DNA of 64,000 bases from a virus, in the UHGV virus genome UHGV-1519562; one strand, given 5' to 3'. Made by a program: the position numbers and the translations under genes. Positions 50,863-58,293 of this stretch are shown one piece after another (position 1 is the first letter of the stretch; every line of letters begins with the position of its first letter). The notes under the pieces were generated by a model. The model did not search any database, had not been told where the DNA came from, and saw only the letters and a program-made list of their open reading frames with translations.

Positions 50863-51219
50863 ATGACTAACGAGAAGAAGATTACTAACAAGGGCGCCCT
50901 TCAGTATGTTCTGGACAACTGCGAGATTCCTGCCGACGTTCGTGCCAAGATTGAGATTCTGCTCCATCAGCAAGAGAACAAGAGCCGTGGTAGTGGTAAG
51001 CCTACTGCAACTCAGACTGAGAACGCACGTCTGATTGAAGTGATTGCCGACACTCTGCCCAAGGGCGAGGCTTTCACCATCTCCGACATTACCAAGACCA
51101 TTCCTGAGCTGAACGGCTTTACCCCTCAGAAGGTTGGCCCCATGCTCAAGAAGCTGGTTGAAACTGGCCGAGCCACCCGTGACACTAACAAGGGCAAGGC
51201 ATATTATACTATGGTGTGA
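50863..51219 (+). CDS. hypothetical protein, paralog family 1 (copy 1)
   Basis: 118 aa; shares TQTEN..LIE and IPEL.GFTPQKVGPM motifs with 54200..54616; GC-rich codon usage. Confidence 0.6.
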   Translation: MTNEKKITNKGALQYVLDNCEIPADVRAKIEILLHQQENKSRGSGKPTATQTENARLIEVIADTLPKGEAFTISDITKTIPELNGFTPQKVGPMLKKLVETGRATRDTNKGKAYYTMV

Positions 51220-51229
51220 TAATTGAATA

Positions 51230-51258
51230 AAGAGGGGCATTAAGCCCCTCTTTATTTT
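51230..51258 (+). terminator. intrinsic terminator
   Basis: aaagaggggc atta agcccctcttt then T-rich. Confidence 0.5.
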
Positions 51259-51278
51259 CTCAAAAAGGATGGTGTTTA

Positions 51279-51641
51279 ATGATAGATGAAGCTAGGGTTA
51301 AACATCTTCAAAAGGTGTTAGACCTTGATAGAAAACAAGCTTTAGCGGTTATTGCCGATGATGAAGCAATAGATAAAGGTGCAGACCTTTTCCCACTTAC
51401 TGATGAACAAAAGAAAGTAGAAAAGAAAATGCGGTTATCCGGCAAAGAGAAAGGCAAGTACACTATGAATGCTCCCCGACAGCGCAAGGTTGACAATGAC
51501 AAACATCGCTTGATTGAGATTATTGCGGAATCTCTTGAACAGCTTGAAATTGAAACTACCATCAATAACCCAGAGCGAGAAATTGAGATAGTTTTTAATG
51601 AAAGACGTTTCAAAATTACATTAAGCGCTCCTAGAAAATAA
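51279..51641 (+). CDS. hypothetical protein, paralog family 2 (copy 1)
   Basis: 120 aa; C-terminal NPEREIEIVFNERRFKITL matches NPERQIAFSVDNNAFELTL of 54647..55030. Confidence 0.6.
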   Translation: MIDEARVKHLQKVLDLDRKQALAVIADDEAIDKGADLFPLTDEQKKVEKKMRLSGKEKGKYTMNAPRQRKVDNDKHRLIEIIAESLEQLEIETTINNPEREIEIVFNERRFKITLSAPRK

Positions 51642-51645
51642 TAAC

Positions 51646-51683
51646 AAAACCGGCTTATTTTTTATAAGCCGGTTTTGTTTTTT
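51646..51683 (+). terminator. intrinsic terminator
   Basis: aaaaccggcttat / ataagccggtttt then T-run. Confidence 0.6.
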
Positions 51684-51699
51684 GTCTAATACTTCTTAA

Positions 51700-51800
51700 T
51701 GACAAATGTTTGGCGGCCCGCGCATGGTCAAGCGCTGCCGCATTTCAATTATACCAGGTAATCCGACTTTTGTCAATGGGCAAACCGCACAATTATTTAA
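51700..51800 (+). repeat. GC-rich stem-loop intergenic element, copy C
   Basis: tttggcggcccgcgc atggtcaa gcgctgccgc, then aattatacc and ttttgtcaatgggcaaaccgcacaa box; promoter follows. Confidence 0.5.
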
Positions 51801-51894
51801 CCTTTTGTTTTCCCAAAATTGGTGATTCTACCTATTGATTTTTTTATTAAAATTTTATATAATATAATTGTTCCAAGGGAAAGGAGAAACAAAA

Positions 51895-52089
51895 ATGAAG
51901 ATTAATTACAAATCTTTCAGCGTGGAAGTTTTTGGTGAGAACATTTGGGGCCAAACCTATCTGAACAGAGTGGGCTTTGATTCTGAGGAAGAAGCCGATA
52001 AGTTTATTGAGTCTCTGGAAGAGGAAGAAGGAGTTTATTCGGCAATTAAAATTGTAAATACAAGTTATAATTTCAGAAAAAACCCTTGA
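51895..52089 (+). CDS. hypothetical small protein
   Basis: 64 aa from ATG 51895 after TTGATT-17-TATAAT promoter and AAAGGAG. Confidence 0.5.
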   Translation: MKINYKSFSVEVFGENIWGQTYLNRVGFDSEEEADKFIESLEEEEGVYSAIKIVNTSYNFRKNP

Positions 52090-52146
52090 CAAACAAACCA
52101 AGACGTGTTATAATAAATACAGAAATTAAGAAAGAGGTTGACAATT

Positions 52147-52257
52147 ATGAATGAAAATAAGACTACTCCTTGGTATATCTATCAGCCGGGCAAATGGAGC
52201 TACTTCTTATTTCTAGTTCCCTTGATTCTTCTCATTCTTATCTTTATAAGTACCTAA
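52147..52257 (+). CDS. small hydrophobic peptide (single TM helix), below the ORF-track size cutoff
   Basis: 36 aa MNENKTTPWYIYQPGKWSYFLFLVPLILLILIFIST with consensus promoter/leader (aatacagaaattaagaaagaggttga). Confidence 0.45.
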   Translation: MNENKTTPWYIYQPGKWSYFLFLVPLILLILIFIST

Positions 52258-52292
52258 AAGATACTTATAAAAATCTGGATTGTCTTCAAAAA

Positions 52293-52312
52293 GGCTTGAC
52301 AAACGTCAAGCC
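52293..52312 (+). promoter_or_regulatory. palindromic operator overlapping -35 (GGCTTGACAAACGTCAAGCC)
   Basis: Perfect 20-bp palindrome containing the TTGACA box; second copy CTTGACATACGTCAAG at 52750-52765. Confidence 0.5.
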
Positions 52313-52348
52313 GAGTGGTATAATAATAACAGAAAGAGGTTGATATAA

Positions 52349-52492
52349 ATGATTTCTACTATTGCTCTGGCTTCCCTGGCTGCCATTATGATGGTGAAGG
52401 TGTTCGTTGCGGTTGAGCGTGAGGATTACCGCAAAATGTTTGTCAGCGGATTTGAGTTTGCTCTTCTGCTTCTGACTTTAGCTAATATTTAA
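52349..52492 (+). CDS. small membrane peptide
   Basis: 47 aa MISTIALASLAAIMMVKVFVAVER...FEFALLLLTLANI; RBS and promoter. Confidence 0.45.
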   Translation: MISTIALASLAAIMMVKVFVAVEREDYRKMFVSGFEFALLLLTLANI

Positions 52493-52505
52493 GGAGGTAA
52501 ATATA

Positions 52506-52754
52506 ATGAGAATTTATTCCATTAAACATCTGTTCGACAAAGAAGTTGCTGGTTTTTATCGAGAAATGAAAGAAAGCGTTGAAACAAAAGAAGAAGTAGA
52601 AAATGCTGTTTATCTGGTAACGGGTATGCAGGTTATGGCAAGTATTATTGCCGAAGGAAGTGATGAAGAGGTTCTTGCCATTGAACATGAAACTTGGGAT
52701 TATTGGGTTCCAAAGTTTAAGAAACTTCTGGAAAATCTTCCTGAAAAGGCTTGA
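52506..52754 (+). CDS. hypothetical protein
   Basis: 82 aa, RBS AAGGAGG. Confidence 0.5.
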   Translation: MRIYSIKHLFDKEVAGFYREMKESVETKEEVENAVYLVTGMQVMASIIAEGSDEEVLAIEHETWDYWVPKFKKLLENLPEKA

Positions 52755-52810
52755 CATACGTCAAGTTCTATGATATAATAAAGCCATAATAAAGAAAGGA
52801 AGTCGATACT

Positions 52811-53011
52811 ATGACTAAAGAGGAATTCTTAGACACTTTGCAGGAGGTCGGCTATGAATGGAGCAGAACGCTCAATGAGCACAAGTATGACTACTCGGAT
52901 TTCGAGTGGAAGATGCTTGGTTGGTTAGCTGGTGAATTGATTGACCATTTCGACCAAGCAATTGATTCAATTCGTGATGAACTTCAGGAGGAGGAGGAAG
53001 AGGAAGAATGA
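52811..53011 (+). CDS. hypothetical acidic protein (poly-Glu tail)
   Basis: 66 aa ending EEEEEEE; promoter with palindromic -35 at 52750. Confidence 0.5.
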   Translation: MTKEEFLDTLQEVGYEWSRTLNEHKYDYSDFEWKMLGWLAGELIDHFDQAIDSIRDELQEEEEEEE

Positions 53012-53256
53012 GAATGATAGAAAAGATTGAGAGATTCTTTCTTCTTGATGAAGAAGAAAGAACAATTCTCAAGAAAGCTGGAAGCATTTTGTATGACATG
53101 GGAGAAGCTATTGATAGCTCTGGAAGAGTTTCCTTATTCTATGCAAAATTTACTGAGCCGATTGAAAAAATCCGAAACTACGATGAAGGAAACTTTTATG
53201 ACCTTTCAGATTTATTGACTGTTCTTTCTAAAAAAGAAAGAATTGATATTGAATAA
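53008..53256 (+). CDS. hypothetical protein
   Basis: 82 aa, overlapping start. Confidence 0.45.
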   Translation: MRMIEKIERFFLLDEEERTILKKAGSILYDMGEAIDSSGRVSLFYAKFTEPIEKIRNYDEGNFYDLSDLLTVLSKKERIDIE

Positions 53257-53271
53257 AGAAAGGATAGATAC

Positions 53272-53430
53272 ATGGAAAAGTATTGTTTTGTAGTTATGAC
53301 TACTGACGAAGGTATTGATGCTCCAGAGATGGTTTATCTTAATAAAGAAGCGGCTATAAAAGCGGCTGAGGCTCTTCAAAACGAAAGAGAAGAAGATTGT
53401 TGGGTAGAAAAAGTACAGTTTATTAAATGA
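53272..53430 (+). CDS. hypothetical small protein
   Basis: 52 aa MEKYCFVVMTTDEG...; RBS AAAGGA; terminator downstream. Confidence 0.4.
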   Translation: MEKYCFVVMTTDEGIDAPEMVYLNKEAAIKAAEALQNEREEDCWVEKVQFIK

Positions 53431-53438
53431 TATTAAAA

Positions 53439-53464
53439 ATAAGGGCCTTTGGCCCTTATTTTTT
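53439..53464 (+). terminator. intrinsic terminator
   Basis: aataagggcc ttt ggcccttatt then T-run. Confidence 0.6.
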
Positions 53465-53520
53465 ACTTGACAGATTTTTCTTTCTATGTTATAATAACAA
53501 TAGAAAAGGAGTGAAGCAAA

Positions 53521-53724
53521 ATGACAGATTTTGCAAGAGCTGAAATTCTTCTTAAAGCTTTACAGGAAGCAGGAAGATATATGCGGAAATATTTACCCGC
53601 AGAAATGCCTCTGGGTGAAGATGCCGATATTACAAGATACTGTTTGATAAATGGTAATCAAGACCCAGAAGGCTCTAAGTTTGTAGAATACTTCATTCTT
53701 AAAGCATTTGACAGTTACAAGTAA
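53521..53724 (+). CDS. hypothetical protein
   Basis: 67 aa; promoter, leader and RBS AAAAGGAG. Confidence 0.5.
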   Translation: MTDFARAEILLKALQEAGRYMRKYLPAEMPLGEDADITRYCLINGNQDPEGSKFVEYFILKAFDSYK

Positions 53725-53747
53725 GGGCTAAAAGCCCTTACTTTTTT
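53721..53747 (+). terminator. intrinsic terminator
   Basis: gtaagggct aaa agcccttac then T-run. Confidence 0.6.
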
Positions 53748-53754
53748 ATTTTTA

Positions 53755-53880
53755 TATTTGTTATAAACAAAAGTCAAGTGATAGCAAAGTTTGGCGGCGC
53801 GTTGATGGCTGACATGCGCCGCAATTTAATTATACCCCAAGCCACGCCTTTTGTCAAGAGTTAAACTGCACAAAATCTAT
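53755..53880 (+). repeat. GC-rich stem-loop intergenic element, copy D
   Basis: ttgttataaacaaaagt..tttggcggcgcg ttgatggctgacat gcgccgc aatttaattatacc ..ttttgtcaag..gcacaa. Confidence 0.5.
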
Positions 53881-53940
53881 TTGAGGAAAATCCCGCTTTT
53901 TGTATAATTTGCCTATTGCAATTTGGGTGAAATCTGATAT

Positions 53941-54110
53941 AATAAATAATGTCAGGAGGGAGTAGCCCAAGAAATCCTAGGGCGGCCGACCTGTGAGAAA
54001 GTATAGGAAGTAAACGAAATACATCAAGTGGTAAGTCTTATATCATGTGGTAATTGTTATTGCCCAACATGCTCTGGAAGCCGTAAATCTTGTGAAAAGT
54101 TTGCGAAACC
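53941..54110 (+). ncRNA. promoter-proximal transcribed non-coding segment (leader or small RNA) with the conserved tagggcggccgacctgtgagaaag motif
   Basis: Between promoter about 53905-53940 and promoter 54113-54141; no ORF with start and RBS; holds a Cys-rich 48-codon frame without RBS. Confidence 0.3.
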
Positions 54111-54199
54111 TCTTGACAAACCCCAAGAAACGTGCTATAATAAGCATGTAATCAAGAGAAGGACAAACTCTTAAAAACCAGAAAGCGAGATAGGTGTTT

Positions 54200-54616
54200 A
54201 TGGAAAATACTAACAAGAGAATTACTAAGCGTGAGCGTTTCCAGTCTCTGATTGAGCTGGTGGAACTGTGCGAAGGCCGTGAAGACGAAGGCTTTGACTT
54301 TGAGGGTCTGACCGATTTCCTCTCCAACGAGATTCGCCTGCTGGAAGCTAAGAAGGGTTCCAATTCCCGCAAGCAGACTGTTCGCCAGACTGAGAATGAG
54401 CATTTTAAGGCTCTGATTGCTGAGCAGTTGACCGAAGAGGGCATGACCATTGCAATGCTCCGCAAGGCCATTCCTGAACTGGAAGATTTAACTCCCCAGC
54501 GTATTGCCCCTATGTGCAAGGCTCTTGTTTCTGAGGGCATTGCTTACAAGGATACCCACAAAGGTATTGCCCACTTTTACAAGGCGCAGGCCGTGGTAGA
54601 AGAGGAAGAGGGCTAA
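54200..54616 (+). CDS. hypothetical protein, paralog family 1 (copy 2)
   Basis: 139 aa from ATG 54200; paralog of 50863..51219; ends EEEEG with stop inside a hairpin. Confidence 0.6.
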   Translation: MENTNKRITKRERFQSLIELVELCEGREDEGFDFEGLTDFLSNEIRLLEAKKGSNSRKQTVRQTENEHFKALIAEQLTEEGMTIAMLRKAIPELEDLTPQRIAPMCKALVSEGIAYKDTHKGIAHFYKAQAVVEEEEG

Positions 54617-54646
54617 GGCCCTCTTCCCTAGAGGGGAGGTATATTT

Positions 54647-55030
54647 TTGGACAAAGCAAAAGAAGCAATCGCAAGAATCCAAGCCGGCATCAAGTGCAGT
54701 TATGAAAAAGCAGTAGAAATCTATAAGGCAGATTGCGAGGTTGATAAAGGCATCCCGCACGAATGGGATTTGACCGAGGAACAGCAAAAGGTAGCAAAGA
54801 AATACACCATTACCGGACAACACACCAAAAAGCATGACCGCAAGACCCCTATTAAAAGAGAAAGGAAGGAAAACCCCACTAAGGCAAATTTGATTGCGGA
54901 ACTTGCAGGTTTTCTTGAATCTTTGGGGATTTGTGACGTAAAAATTGCAAATCCTGAGCGACAGATTGCTTTTTCTGTTGATAATAACGCCTTTGAGCTG
55001 ACTTTAGTTCAGAAAAGGGCCAAAAAGTAA
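54647..55030 (+). CDS. hypothetical protein, paralog family 2 (copy 2)
   Basis: 127 aa; paralog of 51279..51641; RBS GAGGGGAGG. Confidence 0.6.
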   Translation: MDKAKEAIARIQAGIKCSYEKAVEIYKADCEVDKGIPHEWDLTEEQQKVAKKYTITGQHTKKHDRKTPIKRERKENPTKANLIAELAGFLESLGICDVKIANPERQIAFSVDNNAFELTLVQKRAKK

Positions 55031-55087
55031 AGTTTTTAGCCCTTTTCACTTAAAAAAGAGCTAATTTTGACGAAAAAGGTGATGTAA

Positions 55088-55432
55088 ATGCAACAAAAGA
55101 AAGAGTATTTGTATGTAGGCCACTATTTTGATATAGAGGGTAACTACATTCTTAAAATAGGTACTACTAATGATTTAGCCAGGAGACAGCAAGAGCATAC
55201 CAGAAATTATAAGCATTCACCTAAGTTTACTATGCCGAAATCCGCAAAGTTTGTCTATGATTGGTATCTGCCTTTGTCTAAATATTCGACTTTGCGGTAT
55301 GAGGATAAGAATCGTGCGGCATGGCAGGAATCTTCTATCGGTGAATTTGTCCGCAATGACAGATTTTGCTGTAAGCAAAAGCCCAAGAAAGTAAAGGTTA
55401 CTATCCGCAAAACCTATGAGATCGAGCTATAA
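55088..55432 (+). CDS. GIY-YIG / T5orf172-like domain protein
   Basis: YLYVGHYFDIEGNYILKIGTTNDLARRQQEH resembles the GIY-YIG/T5orf172 core. Confidence 0.45.
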   Translation: MQQKKEYLYVGHYFDIEGNYILKIGTTNDLARRQQEHTRNYKHSPKFTMPKSAKFVYDWYLPLSKYSTLRYEDKNRAAWQESSIGEFVRNDRFCCKQKPKKVKVTIRKTYEIEL

Positions 55433-55445
55433 GGAGGAAGAGAAC

Positions 55446-55667
55446 ATGATTGTTATTAAAAAGCAATGCGAGGTTCGCTTATCCCAAGAAGAAATTGATC
55501 GTCTTGAGCAAGCCTCTGACATTCTTAATCAAATTTGGGAGGTGATGTCTGCTAGTAGTTATATTGGCAAATACGAAACCATTGATACCGCAAAAGTGGG
55601 AGAAGCATCAGATATTTTGCAAAACTTAGCAGAGATCGGCGAAAATATCGTAATTGAAGATGCTTGA
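55446..55667 (+). CDS. hypothetical acidic protein
   Basis: 73 aa from ATG 55446, RBS AAGGAGG. Confidence 0.5.
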   Translation: MIVIKKQCEVRLSQEEIDRLEQASDILNQIWEVMSASSYIGKYETIDTAKVGEASDILQNLAEIGENIVIEDA

Positions 55668-55675
55668 TTATTAAA

Positions 55676-55706
55676 GGATAGTGGTTATTAACCACTATCC
55701 TTTTTT
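55676..55706 (+). terminator. intrinsic terminator
   Basis: ggatagtgg ttattaa ccactatcc then TTTTTT. Confidence 0.6.
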
Positions 55707-55719
55707 ATCCCTATACTTG

Positions 55720-55830
55720 TTATAAGCAAAAGTAAAGTAATAACAAAACTCGGCGGGCCGCGCTTGGTGGATGCGGCCCGAATTCGCGTCAATATACATT
55801 TTCCACAATTTTTCTGCTTTTGATTTGTAC
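55720..55830 (+). repeat. GC-rich stem-loop intergenic element, copy E
   Basis: cttgttataagcaaaagt..cggcgggccgcg cttggtggat gcggcccg aattcgcgtcaatatac..ccacaa; perfect 8-bp stem cgggccgc/gcggcccg. Confidence 0.5.
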
Positions 55831-55987
55831 AATTTTACTTATTGACATTTTCCCAAAATTATGTTATTATATAATCACAAAAGGAAAGGAGATTTAAAAA
55901 TTTCAAAAAAAAAATAAAAAAAGGTCTTGACAAACCAGGGCAAAGATGCTATAATGAATACAGAAATTAAGGAAAGAGGTTGATAGT

Positions 55988-56263
55988 ATGAATGAACGCA
56001 GAGACTTCATCGCAAAGAACTGGGGTGAGGATGTTCTTGAAGCTATTGATAGCTGTGAGCCGTTAAACATTACCTTTGGTCAGTTTTTGGACAAGTGCGT
56101 TGCTTGCGGTGGCAACTGGGACGGTATGCTTCTAACTGGCCTGAAGAAGTTGCGGCCTGAGATTTGGGAAGCCATTCCCCAAAATATGGGTCTTTATGCT
56201 TGGCAGTGCATCTGCAACACTTTAATTCTTGCTGGTGTAGTTATGGAAGAAGAAGAGGGCTAA
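55988..56263 (+). CDS. hypothetical Cys-containing protein
   Basis: 91 aa; ends EEEEG with stop inside hairpin gaagagggc taaaaa gccctcttc; promoter TTGACA-17-TATAAT at about 55929-55957. Confidence 0.55.
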   Translation: MNERRDFIAKNWGEDVLEAIDSCEPLNITFGQFLDKCVACGGNWDGMLLTGLKKLRPEIWEAIPQNMGLYAWQCICNTLILAGVVMEEEEG

Positions 56264-56296
56264 AAAGCCCTCTTCCATAGAGAAAGGAAGGTAGAA

Positions 56297-56578
56297 ATGG
56301 AAATTAGAAAACCTACGAACTGGTTGAATGCTAAAGGGATGCTTGACAAAACACTACAAGCAAGATCTACAGTAATCACTGAAGCCCTTGGGCGAATTAT
56401 GTTTAATCTTCTAAATGCCGCGGAAGAAGGAAAATTTGCTACTACTATTAATCTTCGAGAAGATACAAAAATTATTACTCAAATACTTGAGGAAGCAGGC
56501 TATAAGGTTCAATTTCTTAAACCAAATGGTGAATACTCACAATATATTGTTTGCTGGGAAAAGGAGGATGAAGAATAA
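56297..56578 (+). CDS. hypothetical protein
   Basis: 93 aa, RBS AAAGGAAGG. Confidence 0.5.
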   Translation: MEIRKPTNWLNAKGMLDKTLQARSTVITEALGRIMFNLLNAAEEGKFATTINLREDTKIITQILEEAGYKVQFLKPNGEYSQYIVCWEKEDEE

Positions 56579-56772
56579 TGATGAAAATCAAAATTGTTGA
56601 CCGCTATAATGGCGATTTCGCGAAGTTTGATTCTTTGCAGAAAGCCTATGACTACTTCATGGACTATGACAAAGAATGTGAGGGAGATTGGTGGCCATTG
56701 ATTACTATTGATGGAGCTTGGGTTCCTCTGGAAGAGTTCTTTGTGATGTGTAAAGAAAGGGGGTGTAAGTAA
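56578..56772 (+). CDS. hypothetical protein (tandem paralog A)
   Basis: 64 aa MMKIKIVDRYNGDFAKF... Confidence 0.5.
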   Translation: MMKIKIVDRYNGDFAKFDSLQKAYDYFMDYDKECEGDWWPLITIDGAWVPLEEFFVMCKERGCK

Positions 56773-56885
56773 TGATGAAAATCAAAATTACTGAACTGTA
56801 CAAAGATGATGTGGCGGAATTTAAGTTTCCGCCAGAAGCATGGGCTTATTTTTGCTATCGGGAAAAGGAATCTAAAGGAAAATGA
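56772..56885 (+). CDS. truncated tandem paralog B of the preceding gene
   Basis: 37 aa MMKIKITELYKDDVAEFKF...; DNA repeat taatgatgaaaatcaaaatt at both starts. Confidence 0.4.
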   Translation: MMKIKITELYKDDVAEFKFPPEAWAYFCYREKESKGK

Positions 56886-56963
56886 TTCCCATTGATATTC
56901 ATCAATAGAAAGATGATATCACCTGAAACGTTGCATAAAATGTGTAGAAAGGTGGGTATTTAA

Positions 56964-57431
56964 TTGTCTTTGCTCTTGTTATTCATTGGTCTTTCTATTG
57001 CCAATGTGGTTTTTTCGACAATCAAAAGCATTGTAACTATTAACGGCACACCATTTTCCGCAAGCATGATTTCTGCTCTGTACTATGGTTATTATAACAT
57101 AGTTCTTATTTACACAGTGGCGGATTTCCCTTTGTGGCAGAAGGTATTAGTTACCTTTGGCTGTAATCTGGTTGGCGTGTATGCGGTTAAGTGGGCGGAA
57201 GCAAAAGGAAGAAAAGAAAAGTTGTGGCGAATTGAGGTTACTGTCCCCGGTGAATTTACAAAACAACTTCACGAAAGACTAAACCCAATTCCGCACAACT
57301 ATATTGAAAATGTAGGTAAATATTCAATTTTTAATATTTACTGTGGTACACAAATGGAGAGTAGTCAAGTCAAGAAAATTTTGGTGGATTACAATGCCAA
57401 ATACTTTGTGACAGAAACTAAAGAACTCTGA
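56964..57431 (+). CDS. membrane protein (two to three N-terminal TM helices plus soluble domain)
   Basis: 155 aa, TTG start; strong terminator downstream. Confidence 0.5.
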   Translation: MSLLLLFIGLSIANVVFSTIKSIVTINGTPFSASMISALYYGYYNIVLIYTVADFPLWQKVLVTFGCNLVGVYAVKWAEAKGRKEKLWRIEVTVPGEFTKQLHERLNPIPHNYIENVGKYSIFNIYCGTQMESSQVKKILVDYNAKYFVTETKEL

Positions 57432-57459
57432 GAATACTCAGAGTTCTTTTTTGTTTTTT
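57421..57459 (+). terminator. intrinsic terminator
   Basis: aagaactctgag aata ctcagagttctt then T-run. Confidence 0.65.
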
Positions 57460-57511
57460 CTAAAAAATTATGTTATAATATATATAGAAATTAAGGAAAG
57501 GAGCTTTTCTA

Positions 57512-57628
57512 ATGACCTGTGAATTATTAAAGGCACTTGCGGTGATTATTGAATACTGTTTAAAGCAGGATAATTACAAAGTTTGTGTTATGCGTGATTT
57601 CTGTTCTAAGATGCCTTGTGAGTGGTAA
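57512..57628 (+). CDS. small Cys-rich peptide (38 aa), below the ORF-track cutoff
   Basis: MTCELLKALAVIIEYCLKQDNYKVCVMRDFCSKMPCEW with consensus TATAAT / leader / AAGGAAAGGAG upstream. Confidence 0.45.
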   Translation: MTCELLKALAVIIEYCLKQDNYKVCVMRDFCSKMPCEW

Positions 57629-57714
57629 ATTACTTTAAAGATTTTAGAGATAGAAAGGCCCATTTTAGGGTCGAAATTTCGCACGTCTAGGTCATCAAAA
57701 AAAAATATCTGGAT

Positions 57715-57915
57715 ATGTTGAAAACTGAATTTGCCAGAAAGCTGGACTCGACTGGTCGATTAGTTATTCCTTCTAAGCTAAGAGATTATCTAGGAATGGA
57801 AACCGGCCAGTTGTTTACTTTTTATGTTCAAAAAGAAGAAAATGGAGATGTGTATTTGTGTGTGAAGTGTCCTAGTAATAAAATAAAATTTACTTTTGGT
57901 GAAAATGCCGATTGA
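57715..57915 (+). CDS. AbrB/MazE (SpoVT-AbrB) family DNA-binding protein
   Basis: ARKLDSTGRLVIPSKLRDYLGMETGQ matches the AbrB N-domain signature; no obvious RBS. Confidence 0.6.
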   Translation: MLKTEFARKLDSTGRLVIPSKLRDYLGMETGQLFTFYVQKEENGDVYLCVKCPSNKIKFTFGENAD

Positions 57916-57940
57916 CATAAGGCTGGTTTTATGGTATACT
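57912..57940 (+). promoter_or_regulatory. consensus promoter driving a non-coding GC-rich region
   Basis: TTGACA, 17 nt, extended -10 TGGTATACT. Confidence 0.55.
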
Positions 57941-57946
57941 ATATAT

Positions 57947-58091
57947 AAGGAGTGGCGGGCTGTGGACAGTGGTCACAGCCCGAAATCCCCTTTCCACTAG
58001 CATATGGCGATTTTTCTAGACTTCTAGCGACCCTTCATATGGCCGGGGTTTTTCCCGAAAGTGGCTCACCCGCTCGGAAAAAATTTTTTTT
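57947..58091 (+). ncRNA. candidate structured small RNA (GC-rich, about 145 nt)
   Basis: Perfect stem gggctgtg/cacagccc (57957-57981), ccgggg and gcggg/cccgc pairing, ends in a hairpin plus A/T run; no ORF with usable RBS spacing; GC far above local background. Confidence 0.4.
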
Positions 58092-58148
58092 AATTTGTCA
58101 AGTCAAAGTCCGCATTTGACTTTTTAAAAATTTAAGGCATAAAAAAAA

Positions 58149-58199
58149 ATCAACTTGACTTTTCAAAAAACAAAAGAAAAAAATAAAAGTCAAGTTGAT
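58149..58199. repeat. inverted repeat atcaacttgactttt / aaaagtcaagttgat in a cluster of TTGAC/GTCAA motifs
   Basis: 15-bp perfect arms with a 21-nt spacer; additional gtcaagtc and tttgactt at 58097-58122. Confidence 0.5.
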
Positions 58200-58293
58200 T
58201 AATAATTAAAATTATTATATAATATTTATATAAACAAAAGGAAAAAGAAAAGAGAAGCACATATGCCCGCTCGGCTTGTTGAAAGTGGGAGTG

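Noticed and set aside
47337-54835. Minus-strand ORFs inside the early region (47337, 47696, 48123, 50824, 51308, 51847, 52482, 52872, 54043, 54152, 54488 and similar)
   Set aside because: Each overlaps a plus-strand gene that has promoter, RBS and codon bias; they are antisense shadows of GC-rich coding sequence with no expression signals.
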